From Candidatus Sumerlaeaceae bacterium (GTDB lineage Bacteria > Sumerlaeota > Sumerlaeia > Sumerlaeales > Sumerlaeaceae): a stretch of 64,000 nucleotides of DNA. The stretch is taken from positions 39,408-103,407 of the forward strand of contig JBPCLP010000058.1 of assembly GCA_051003195.1 (NCBI GenBank). The letters run 5' to 3'. Each line of letters opens with the position of its first letter. Positions within the stretch are counted from its first letter, which is position 1. A model generated the notes under the pieces. That model had not been told where the DNA came from. It made no database searches and saw only the letters and a list, made by a program, of their open reading frames with translations. The translations under genes were made by a program, and so were the position numbers. This document shows, in pieces, positions 18,955-27,719 of the stretch.

Positions 18955-19839
18955 GTGCGCGACATCGTTTACGTAAATGGTCGTTATCTGCCTCGCGATG
19001 AGGCACTGATAAGCGTGGAAGATAGAGGTTACCAATTCGGTGACGGCGTTTACGAAGTGGTCCGGTTTCAGGGGCGGCGCGGTTTGCGATTACGTGCGCA
19101 CCTGGAGCGCCTGGAGCGTAGCAGTGATGAGCTGCGGATCGTCGGCGGGCCCTCGGCGGAGGAATGGACCACGATTCTGGAACGTCTCATGGACGAGTGT
19201 GAGCTCGCAGACGATACGCGCGTGTGGTCGCTGTATCAGCAAGTATCCAGGGGCGTGTGCGCAAGGAACCACATATTTCCGAAAACGCCATTCGAACCAT
19301 CGTCAGTGGCCTATTTCAGGCCGGCGCCTCAATATAGTGCTGCACAGCGCGAGGAGGGCATCGCTCTCTCGACCCAGCAGGATGAGCGTTGGGAGCGGTG
19401 TCATATCAAAACGGTCTGCCTCTTACCGGTTGTTTTGGCCAAACAGGCTGCTGCTGAAGCCGGTGCCTTTGAGGCGCTCCTGGTGCGCGATGGCAAAGTG
19501 ACGGAAGGCGGCGCGACAAACGCCTACAGCGTGCGCGACGGTGTCGTCTGGACGCATCCGGAAGGAAAACATATTCTGTCGGGCGTTACGCGCTGCATGG
19601 TTATGGAAGCAGCAGAGCGATCGGGGGTCGAGGTTCGGGAGGAATCGGTTTCGATTGAAGAGTTCCGTTCAGCCGAGGAGGCGTTTCTCAGCAGCACCAC
19701 GATGGATATCATGCCCGCAACGCAGCTCGACGGAAAACCGATCGGCACGGGCAAAGTTGGCGAAGTCACGCGCAAGCTGGTTGCCGCGATCAATGACATT
19801 GTCGCCCGGGAGTTTAGCCCAGTAGCCGAAGTTCGTTAG
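18955..19839 (+). CDS. dat: Class IV aminotransferase (D-amino-acid aminotransferase-like)
   Basis: ISVEDRGYQFGDGVYEV, HIKT (PLP lysine), VTEG, ILSGVTR. GTG at 18955 follows AGGAG; the ORF is open from 18877. Confidence 0.8.
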   Translation: MRDIVYVNGRYLPRDEALISVEDRGYQFGDGVYEVVRFQGRRGLRLRAHLERLERSSDELRIVGGPSAEEWTTILERLMDECELADDTRVWSLYQQVSRGVCARNHIFPKTPFEPSSVAYFRPAPQYSAAQREEGIALSTQQDERWERCHIKTVCLLPVVLAKQAAAEAGAFEALLVRDGKVTEGGATNAYSVRDGVVWTHPEGKHILSGVTRCMVMEAAERSGVEVREESVSIEEFRSAEEAFLSSTTMDIMPATQLDGKPIGTGKVGEVTRKLVAAINDIVAREFSPVAEVR

Positions 19840-19848
19840 CCGAACCGA

Positions 19849-22026
19849 TTAAACGCCGGCTTCCTGCTTTCTTTTTTCGGCGCGGGCTTCCTTGAGCTGA
19901 TCGCGTACTTGTTCGTTATCCGGGTGGATTGCAGCCGCGATGGAAAGGTAATGGACGGCCTGTCTCCAGTTGCGATCATTCATCGCTTTCTGCGCGCGAT
20001 CGTATTGTTCCCGGAACATTTTTTCGCTGCGCTCATCCAGTTGCGAGCCACCCTTGGGTGAGGCTGCGTAATAGCTCTCCTGGGGTGCTGGAGCAGAGTT
20101 CACGGATGTCTTAGTCGATGCCAAAGCCGGATCGACAGGCGCCGGGTTTTTGCTCGTGGTGCTGAAGCCAACTGTCCCATCCAGCTTGAGTGAATCTTCC
20201 GCCGCGGTTGCGGAGCCGAGACCTATCGTGTCCTGGCTGTGGAATGTGTCGCCGTAGGCACCATAGGTGTCTTCCTGGCTCGGAGCAGGCTTTGGCGGAA
20301 TGGCGGGCGCGTTATTAAAATCATCAAGCGATGGCAATTGGACTGGGTGCGGCTCCTGGCTCTGAACCGGTGGATTGGGTACGGGTGAAGGTGACACTGA
20401 AATAGAAGGCATCTCAACCGGCTTCCCAAAAAGCACTTCCTGAAGGTCAATGGCGCCCTCTCCTGAAAGCGGCTTAGATGGCAGCGGTGCAACGGGCACT
20501 GCCTTCGGTGGCGTTGCGACGGTAAGGTCGTCCAGTCGTATGGGCGAATCTGCCGGACCTGCGGACGGTTCAACCTGCGCGGCTGCAGGGGCTGGAGTGG
20601 GCTCAGGAGCTTTAGAAGCGGGCGGAGGGGCTGTCAGCTGAGGCGCAGCGGCACCGAGCGCAGGCGCAGGCGCAGGCGGGGTGGGCGCCGCAGCGGGCTC
20701 GCTTGGGCCAAATGATATACCGAGGTCTTCAAAAGAAACCATCTCGGAACTCGCCGAGGGGGCAGGACTCTTCACCGGTTCGCCCATCGGCGCTGAACCC
20801 TGGGGTTTAGGAGGCGCGGCAAAGGATGCTGCAGAAACGGACGGAGCATCTACCGCCGGAGCGCCGTCAGCGTAGTTCGTGGCATCGCTCGACATCGCTC
20901 CGCCAAATAGTTCAAACTGCGGCGTGGCTTCCGGCACCTGCGGTTTAATCATTGCGAGGTTTTTTGCGATGGCCTGGGCCATGCTGTCTGCATCCTGGGG
21001 GTGGTCGTCCACGGCTGGCCTTGGACGCGCCGATCCAAATGCGGCCATGCCGTCGTCGTCCGCTTCCATTAACGTCGCGTGATCTTCAATTAATGTAGCC
21101 TGCTCATCGACCAGCGTAGGCTTGTCTGAAACGTCCTGGAACATGAGCGATGCAGGCGGGCCCGCTGGAGTTCTGGAACTCAGCGGCTGAATCTCAGGAA
21201 GCATGCCGGACGAGAGACCTGCCGGAGCGACCCCGGCGAAAGGCGCCTCGGGTTCGGATTTAACCCTGGAGGTAAAGTACCTGTAGAGCGTCCACCCGAT
21301 ACCCACGGCAACGGCTGCACAGATAAGAGCCAAAAGAGCTTTCTTTCGCGGTGTTTTGGAAGCGACCTCCGGTGGCGCCGCAGTAGCCGCTGTGGCTTTG
21401 ACAACCGCCGGAGCTGTCGCGACCGGAGAAGCCGCGCGTGCAGGCGCAGGGGACGCCAGCGGGACGGATTCAATAGGGCCATATCCCGGGCGCGGTGTGC
21501 GTAAGGCCGGCCCGGTCTGGCCCGCTTGTTCCGCAAGCTTCCGCGCAAGAAGGTTCTGATATACCTGAAGCTGAGGTGCGTTCGCGTCGACTTGCTGCGC
21601 AGCCTCCAAAGCAGTTTTGGCGGCCTGCCAATCCTGCTTATAAAACGCCTCGCGAACAACAGAGAGCGCGTCTTCGACTTCCTTGCGGCGCTGAACTTTT
21701 GCAACATCGGGCTGGCTGATGCGATCGGAAGGAAGCTGCTGCTGGGGCGGCGGCGCAAGGCTGCTGCTAGCCGGAGGCAGTCCCGGTAGTCCGGGCAGTG
21801 GTGCATCGGGAGGCGCGGCGGCGGCAGGAGTTGGATTGCTGGTGTCAGATGGCAAACTTGGAAGCGACGGAATCTGAGCGGACGCGCAGGCACAAAGGGC
21901 GACCAGAAAAGTTCCACCCAGGCAGCGGCGCCCGGAAAGTGCAATTCGCCCGTGCCCGAAGCGGCTAACCCTGTTCGATGCTATCTCCAAAGTACAGATC
22001 CTGTCATGCTGCAACACACGCGCCAT
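19849..22026 (-). CDS. Pro/Ala-rich single-pass membrane protein with TPR-like helical domains
   Basis: Signal-like LVALCACASA-Q, a TPR-like hairpin, TM segment ALLALICAAVAVGIGWTLY, long low-complexity region, and C-terminal TPR-like AVHYLSIAAAIHPDNE. Start uncertain. Confidence 0.65.
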   Translation of the reverse strand: MARVLQHDRICTLEIASNRVSRFGHGRIALSGRRCLGGTFLVALCACASAQIPSLPSLPSDTSNPTPAAAAPPDAPLPGLPGLPPASSSLAPPPQQQLPSDRISQPDVAKVQRRKEVEDALSVVREAFYKQDWQAAKTALEAAQQVDANAPQLQVYQNLLARKLAEQAGQTGPALRTPRPGYGPIESVPLASPAPARAASPVATAPAVVKATAATAAPPEVASKTPRKKALLALICAAVAVGIGWTLYRYFTSRVKSEPEAPFAGVAPAGLSSGMLPEIQPLSSRTPAGPPASLMFQDVSDKPTLVDEQATLIEDHATLMEADDDGMAAFGSARPRPAVDDHPQDADSMAQAIAKNLAMIKPQVPEATPQFELFGGAMSSDATNYADGAPAVDAPSVSAASFAAPPKPQGSAPMGEPVKSPAPSASSEMVSFEDLGISFGPSEPAAAPTPPAPAPALGAAAPQLTAPPPASKAPEPTPAPAAAQVEPSAGPADSPIRLDDLTVATPPKAVPVAPLPSKPLSGEGAIDLQEVLFGKPVEMPSISVSPSPVPNPPVQSQEPHPVQLPSLDDFNNAPAIPPKPAPSQEDTYGAYGDTFHSQDTIGLGSATAAEDSLKLDGTVGFSTTSKNPAPVDPALASTKTSVNSAPAPQESYYAASPKGGSQLDERSEKMFREQYDRAQKAMNDRNWRQAVHYLSIAAAIHPDNEQVRDQLKEARAEKRKQEAGV

Positions 22027-22205
22027 TAGGCGAGCCCTGCGCGATTGCGGAAAAGATGTTTACGGCTCTATTGCTGAAGTACAGGGGCATTCAAGCAGAA
22101 TGCGCGGCCGTGACCTGCGCGCTATGTGTGTGTGGGTTTTAGTTGGTATGGTAATCCCAGAGTAAAGCGTGAGCCTGCCCTGGCTGGCTTGCTGCAGATT
22201 TACTT

Positions 22206-23264
22206 CTACTTCAGGCTTTCCATCACCTCGGACAGGGCTTCGGGGCCCGGCCTGAGTACTTCTGCGCCGAGTTGGGCAAGCGGTGTGTCGACCATGGCCA
22301 GCTGATCAGCAAATGGCTTTGTCGTGTTCCCGTTGTGGTAAATAAGACCGGTGAGGAACAGTCGCTCCTCCTGTGCTTTGTGAAGAAGCCCAAGTGCATT
22401 GGTGCGGTCAGTGGGGTCGTAATCGCGTTCGAGCTTTTTCAGGACAATATGCGATCCATCCGCCAATTGGATGTTCTGCATCGTTCCCGGTTCGTAATCA
22501 GCCTTAATCTCTTCATAATACGGCACAAAGCCAACTTCGTGAAGGGGTTCTTCGTGTTCCTTCGCAAACTTAAAACTCTTCGTAGACCCTTCGTGGTTGT
22601 TAAAGGTGACGCATGGGCTTACGATATCCAGGATTGCAAAGCCCGGGTGTGCGAGTGCGCCTTTAAGCAGCGGTACCAGTTGCTTGATATCGCCGGAAAA
22701 CGATCGCGCCACATAATCGCACCCCATCTGGATGGCCAGCGCGCAGCAATCGATAGGCGGCATGTCATTCTCGAAGCCTTTTTTGGCAACACTACCACGA
22801 TCTGCCGTGGCGGAGAATTGCCCCTTTGTCAGCCCATACACACCATTATTCTCGATGATATACAGAAGCGGAATGTTGCGGCGGATGCAATGCAGGAAGT
22901 GACCGAGGCCGATCGACGCAGTGTCGCCGTCGCCCGAAATGCCGACGTGGACAAGCTTGCGATTGGCGAGATAACTGCCCGTGGCCATTGCAGGCATGCG
23001 GCCGTGAACGCCGTTGAACCCGTGGCTCTGTCCCAGGAAGTATGCCGTTGTTTTTGAGGAGCAGCCGATGCCGCTCATCTTGGCGACGTTGTACGGCTCG
23101 ACGTCCATTTCGAACAAAGCTTTGATCAGCTGGCTCGTGATGGAGTCGTGGCCGCACCCCGCACACAGGGTGCTCTCAGCGCCCTTGTACTGCGCCTGCG
23201 GCAGTCCTAGTCGGTTCGTGGGCGGCGGCTTTGGCGCGGCGGGCGGTGGGGCAGCGGTACTCAT
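22206..23264 (-). CDS. korB: 2-oxoacid:ferredoxin oxidoreductase subunit beta
   Basis: LCAGCGH, SGIGCSSK, HGRM, SGDGD...NNGVYGLTKGQFS (TPP motif), SPCVTFN. Confidence 0.93.
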   Translation of the reverse strand: MSTAAPPPAAPKPPPTNRLGLPQAQYKGAESTLCAGCGHDSITSQLIKALFEMDVEPYNVAKMSGIGCSSKTTAYFLGQSHGFNGVHGRMPAMATGSYLANRKLVHVGISGDGDTASIGLGHFLHCIRRNIPLLYIIENNGVYGLTKGQFSATADRGSVAKKGFENDMPPIDCCALAIQMGCDYVARSFSGDIKQLVPLLKGALAHPGFAILDIVSPCVTFNNHEGSTKSFKFAKEHEEPLHEVGFVPYYEEIKADYEPGTMQNIQLADGSHIVLKKLERDYDPTDRTNALGLLHKAQEERLFLTGLIYHNGNTTKPFADQLAMVDTPLAQLGAEVLRPGPEALSEVMESLK

Positions 23265-23286
23265 TTTAAATTACCCTCTTTCAATC

Positions 23287-23739
23287 TTAAGCCAATATGT
23301 CTGCGGGTGTGTGTGTCTTCATCTCAGCAAAACGACGGAAGTGAGCCGTGTTGAGAGTAAGAATATCATGAATTCCATGGCTCAATGCCAGCGCGACCAA
23401 GCGCGCATCGTGTACGGTCTTCCCTACCACACCATATTTGCTACAGAGGCTCAGCCATATCTCGTGTGTTGTCTCAGTTTCCCGTAAGAGCGTGTGCGCC
23501 CGGCAGAACTTATCTATGCGTTCACGTATAATATCTGGATGCATTCCCAAACCCTTATCGTCTTTTGGACGGGAAGCACGGTTCCAGTACTCTGCCAGAG
23601 TCTGTGTGGCGATACAAGGCCGAACCAAATTATCGACGAGGCGAATGAGCGCCGATTCAGTGGCAACCCGCTGCCGCGGACAATCCGGATCTTCGGGTGT
23701 GATGCGTAGAAGAATGTTCGTGTCGAGCAAGATTCTCAC
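23287..23739 (-). CDS. PIN-domain (VapC-like) toxin
   Basis: ILLDTNILLR, QTLAEYW, HDARLVA, ILTLNTAHFRRF. Confidence 0.88.
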   Translation of the reverse strand: MRILLDTNILLRITPEDPDCPRQRVATESALIRLVDNLVRPCIATQTLAEYWNRASRPKDDKGLGMHPDIIRERIDKFCRAHTLLRETETTHEIWLSLCSKYGVVGKTVHDARLVALALSHGIHDILTLNTAHFRRFAEMKTHTPADILA

Positions 23740-23744
23740 TCTCT

Positions 23745-24065
23745 CTAATCGTCGTTGCCGTACAGGTATTCCCGATCCAGAGATTCGAGGGGAATTGGCG
23801 GGTCGTTTTCCATGTCACGGAAAAGCTCCAGCATCGCCTGTTTGCAAAGGGCTGCCTCTTCTGGTGTAAGATGTTCTGGGATAGCCGAGTTTTGTTTGGC
23901 CTCTTTGATTAGGCTTTCAAGCTGAGAGGTGGCAGCTTCCTGCACGGACTCCTCATTTGCCGGCGCGCTTTCCTCATGCAAAATGGTCACCGCCGCACCT
24001 TCCGGCAATGTCACAGGCGCATCCGGAACAATAAGACCGTTTCTGACATGAGCGGGGAATAACAT
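23745..24065 (-). CDS. Putative antitoxin (AF2212/DUF104-like N-terminus)
   Basis: ATG at 24065: MLFPAHVRNGLIVPDAPVTLPEGAAVTI... with an acidic tail ending LDREYLY; sits directly upstream of the PIN gene. Confidence 0.7.
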   Translation of the reverse strand: MLFPAHVRNGLIVPDAPVTLPEGAAVTILHEESAPANEESVQEAATSQLESLIKEAKQNSAIPEHLTPEEAALCKQAMLELFRDMENDPPIPLESLDREYLYGNDD

Positions 24066-24072
24066 GAGCGAC

Positions 24073-26022
24073 TTACCCCACAAACACCGGCGGCGCATAC
24101 AGCCATGGCTGCCCGCCGTCCTTATGTGATTTCTTCTGATATTCCAGGCCGCCAAGGACGCCGTCGATAATCGTCTGCGCGTCGAGCGGAATACCATTGT
24201 AGTGGAGAATGCTCCCAATCCTGGACGCGAGTTCAGGGTACTCCGCACGAAGAACGCACGCCATCTGTGCATCGCGATTCTGCTCAACGATATAGACGTG
24301 TTCGCGGCTCGCGATGAACTGCTTCGCCTCATCACTCGTCGGCAGCGCGCGCAGTCGCATGTAATCCGTTTCGATCTTGTGCTCATCACGCAGCCGAAAG
24401 CGCGCCTCTTCCACTGCCGGATCGCTTGATCCATAGGCGATAATGCTCGCCTTCGCATTCTTCACTTCCTGGATCACCGGTTTCGGCACCGCCGTACGCG
24501 CGGTGTTAAACTTTCGCGTCAGGCGATCCATATTGCTTTGCCAGTCTTCAGGCTTCTCCGAGTACGTCGCCTTGTCGGTATGCCCCGTGCCACGGCTGAA
24601 GAATCCAGCCTTTGGATGGGGAGTTCCGGGCAACGTGCGGTACGGAATTCCATCGCCATCCACATCGCGATACCGCGCGAATTCCTCCACCTTGGATAAA
24701 GCGTCGGCATCGAGCACCTTGCCGCGGTCCAGCGGCCTGGTTGGCGGCTTGAACGGGTCCGTCATCCAGTTGTTCATCCCCAAGTCGAGTTCCAGCATCA
24801 GGAAGACAAGCGTCTGAAAGCGCTCTGCGAGATCCAGCACTTCCATGCCGAACTCATAGCACTCTTCCACCGTGCCTGGAATCAGCATGATGTGCCGGCA
24901 ATCGCCGTGTGATAAATTGTATGCTTTCAGGATATCACCCTGGCACGTACGAGTCGGCAGGCCCGTTGATGGGCCCATCCGCTGCACATCCACGATGACG
25001 GCAGGAACTTCCGCAAAATAGCTAAGTCCGGCAAACTCGCTCATCAGGGAAATGCCAGGTCCGCTTGTTGCCGTTGCTGCGCGCGCACCCGCCCAGCCTG
25101 CGCCCACCACCATCCCGATCGAGGCCAACTCATCCTCAGCCTGGATTACTGCGTAAGTCGCTTTGCCGTCGGCATCGTGTCGGTACTTGCCAAGCAGGTT
25201 GATCAGGTTTTCGCACACACTGGAACTCGGCGTGATGGGGTACCACGCGGCAACTGTGATACCGCCATACAGCAGGCCGAGCGCTGCTGCGTAGTTACCC
25301 TCGATGATGATCTTGCCTTCGGTGGCGCCGGTCATCCGCTCGATTTTAAAAAGCTCCTGCCGCTGCAGGTTTTCAGCCGCCCACTGGTAGCCGGCGACCA
25401 TCGCCGTCGTGTTCAGCTCGGCGGCTTTAATCTTGTTGTTAAATTGGCGCAGAATTGATTTTTTGATTTCCTCGATATCAAGAGACAGCAGCCAGCCAAC
25501 CACGCCTACATACATCATGTTAACCACCAGGCGACGAAGCCGACCATCCGGGCAGATGGGTACGATCAGCTTCGAAAACGGAACGACGTATGTGATAAGA
25601 TCGTCCCGATTAAGGAACGACTTCATATCTTCGTTGAGAATCAGGATGGATCCCGCGCGGAGTTCGCGCAGGTCGTCGCGCACGCTCTCGGGATTCATTG
25701 CCACAAAAACGTCGGTGCCAGCGCGGCGGCACGTCCAGCCGTCTTTGTTCGCGCGGATAGTAAACCACGTCGGCAATCCCTGGATGTTTGAGGGGAACAT
25801 ATTTTTGCCACCCACGGGCACGCCCATATTAAACAGCGTGCGTAGCAGAATCAGGTTGGCCGACTGGCTGCCAGTTCCGTTAGACGTTGCAATGGTGAGA
25901 ACAAGGTCGTTAATGACGGGCTTGCCGTCGGGGTTCTTGTAGGTAGGTGTTACGCCCGTATCCGCCTGGGCACCCAGCCCGGTGGAGTTGGACGGATCAA
26001 CCAGCGAAGCTTCAGGCGTCAT
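24073..26022 (-). CDS. korA: 2-oxoacid:ferredoxin oxidoreductase subunit alpha
   Basis: NGTGSQSAN, FPSNIQGLPTW, WYPITPSS, QAEDELA, TSGPGISLM, QRMGPSTGLPT, VEQNRDAQ. Confidence 0.93.
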   Translation of the reverse strand: MTPEASLVDPSNSTGLGAQADTGVTPTYKNPDGKPVINDLVLTIATSNGTGSQSANLILLRTLFNMGVPVGGKNMFPSNIQGLPTWFTIRANKDGWTCRRAGTDVFVAMNPESVRDDLRELRAGSILILNEDMKSFLNRDDLITYVVPFSKLIVPICPDGRLRRLVVNMMYVGVVGWLLSLDIEEIKKSILRQFNNKIKAAELNTTAMVAGYQWAAENLQRQELFKIERMTGATEGKIIIEGNYAAALGLLYGGITVAAWYPITPSSSVCENLINLLGKYRHDADGKATYAVIQAEDELASIGMVVGAGWAGARAATATSGPGISLMSEFAGLSYFAEVPAVIVDVQRMGPSTGLPTRTCQGDILKAYNLSHGDCRHIMLIPGTVEECYEFGMEVLDLAERFQTLVFLMLELDLGMNNWMTDPFKPPTRPLDRGKVLDADALSKVEEFARYRDVDGDGIPYRTLPGTPHPKAGFFSRGTGHTDKATYSEKPEDWQSNMDRLTRKFNTARTAVPKPVIQEVKNAKASIIAYGSSDPAVEEARFRLRDEHKIETDYMRLRALPTSDEAKQFIASREHVYIVEQNRDAQMACVLRAEYPELASRIGSILHYNGIPLDAQTIIDGVLGGLEYQKKSHKDGGQPWLYAPPVFVG

Positions 26023-26396
26023 GGTCTCTGCTTTTTAACCTTCATCCGCACGTAATAAATCTGAGGATAGCCCGCATTGGACCATTTCACCCAACACGCC
26101 CGCCATAGAGGAAGGACTTATGCAACCCGTTAATATCCAGTGGAGAAATAGCCCTGCGCCGGACATCCCAATTTCGTACCGTCTATGTAGCGGGAAATTT
26201 GAGCAGGTACGAAAAATTGAAATTCCCGCTATTGCCGGGCCAAGAACCAATGCGCCTCTGTAGTAGTCGCGCTGAACGTCCGGGGCCATGGCCCCGCGCC
26301 GACGTTTGTACCTTGCATTGAACGCCGATCCGGTGTCCTCTAAGTAAATCGAATCGATCCTCTCTTCCCCAAAATCATTGCTGCAGGAGAAACTCA

Positions 26397-27617
26397 ATGC
26401 GTCTCAATCTGATTCTCGCAACGATGGCGTTCGGCGTTTTCGCAACGTTCAGCATGGGTCAGCCCACGATCCCTGTCGAGCAGCCGGAGTCCGACCCCGG
26501 TACCACTGGCAGCGAATTTGGACGCGCCATCGGCGTCTCGGCAAAGCGCGTCTATATTGGGGCGCCTAAATTCAACACTGCCTCCAGGCTGGATGCCGGG
26601 CGTGTTTTCATGTTCGATACAGTAACGATGCTGCCACTTGGCGCGATCAATTCCGCCCCCGGTGCAGGTGCCTACTTGGGCAGTTCGCTCTCAGCTTCAA
26701 AAACAGTCGCGCTGGCCGGCGCACCGGGCTTGAAAGTTGGCTCAGTTTTCAATGCCGGAGGGGTGCTGGTCTACACTGAAAAGTTGGATTCGGTCACGAC
26801 GATTTCCAATCCTGAGCCTGCCAGCGGCGACAAGTTCGGGGCCGCGGTAGCAGCGGGAACAAAGCTGTACGTCATAGGGGCTCCGGGCGACTTTGGCGCG
26901 CCGGGTCAACAGGGCGGAAGCGCGTTTGTCGTGCCGCGTACCACATTGGTTCCCCAGCGGTTGCCCCTGCCGCCGGATTATGCGAGTGGCGACAGCGTCG
27001 GCCATGCCGTGGCAGTTTCGTCGAAGTTCATTGCAGTTGGAGCATTCGAAAAAAACCGCGGAAGCATGCTCTACTCCGGCGCGGTCCATATTTACGATGC
27101 GAAAACGCTGGCTTACAATTCGACGGTACTTGATCCCGACTTCCTTGAGGGCTCCGGTGGCAGCCGATTCGGCTCTGCGGTTAGCTTCTCGGGTAAATAT
27201 CTGTTCGTAGGCGCACAGTCGCAGAACTTTGGTTTCCCAACACCCGCCTTCCAATCAGGAGCCGGTGCCATTTACCAGTACGACACCAAAACGTGGACAC
27301 TTCTCAGGCGGATAGACAGCCATGTTCCGTCCTCGTTTGCAAATTTCGGAGCGGAACTGGGCGTGGATAAGAAGCGCCTGTACATTTGCGCGCCGACCTA
27401 CGACCATGCGGGAAATGCCGATGGCAAGGTTGAGGTGGTAGATCAGAAAACCGGAGCTTTTGTGAATGAGCTCTTCTCACCCGTACCTGTTAGCGCCGGC
27501 TTCCTTGGCTCTTCCATCGGTGTGCTCAAACGCAACCGGTTCATTTCCGGTGCGCGAGGCGAACTCGGCAGCTCTGGTCAGGGCACTGGCCGCGCCTACC
27601 TTCACCTTGTGCCATAA
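26397..27617 (+). CDS. Secreted FG-GAP / integrin-alpha-like beta-propeller repeat protein
   Basis: Signal peptide; about seven repeats of FG.A/S......IGAP......G.V.. Confidence 0.8.
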   Translation: MRLNLILATMAFGVFATFSMGQPTIPVEQPESDPGTTGSEFGRAIGVSAKRVYIGAPKFNTASRLDAGRVFMFDTVTMLPLGAINSAPGAGAYLGSSLSASKTVALAGAPGLKVGSVFNAGGVLVYTEKLDSVTTISNPEPASGDKFGAAVAAGTKLYVIGAPGDFGAPGQQGGSAFVVPRTTLVPQRLPLPPDYASGDSVGHAVAVSSKFIAVGAFEKNRGSMLYSGAVHIYDAKTLAYNSTVLDPDFLEGSGGSRFGSAVSFSGKYLFVGAQSQNFGFPTPAFQSGAGAIYQYDTKTWTLLRRIDSHVPSSFANFGAELGVDKKRLYICAPTYDHAGNADGKVEVVDQKTGAFVNELFSPVPVSAGFLGSSIGVLKRNRFISGARGELGSSGQGTGRAYLHLVP

Positions 27618-27719
27618 AATACTGGGTGAATCCGAGGAGTCGTCATTAGCGAAAATCCAAAGCGGGGGCTTTCCGGCCAGTTGGTTCCTTCAGTTCAGCA
27701 CTCGCGCCGCCGCTACGTT

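Noticed and set aside
24066..24458. N-terminal extension of the 237-aa ORF 23745..24458
   Set aside because: It overlaps the korA 3' end in another frame; the antitoxin-like sequence begins at the ATG at 24065.
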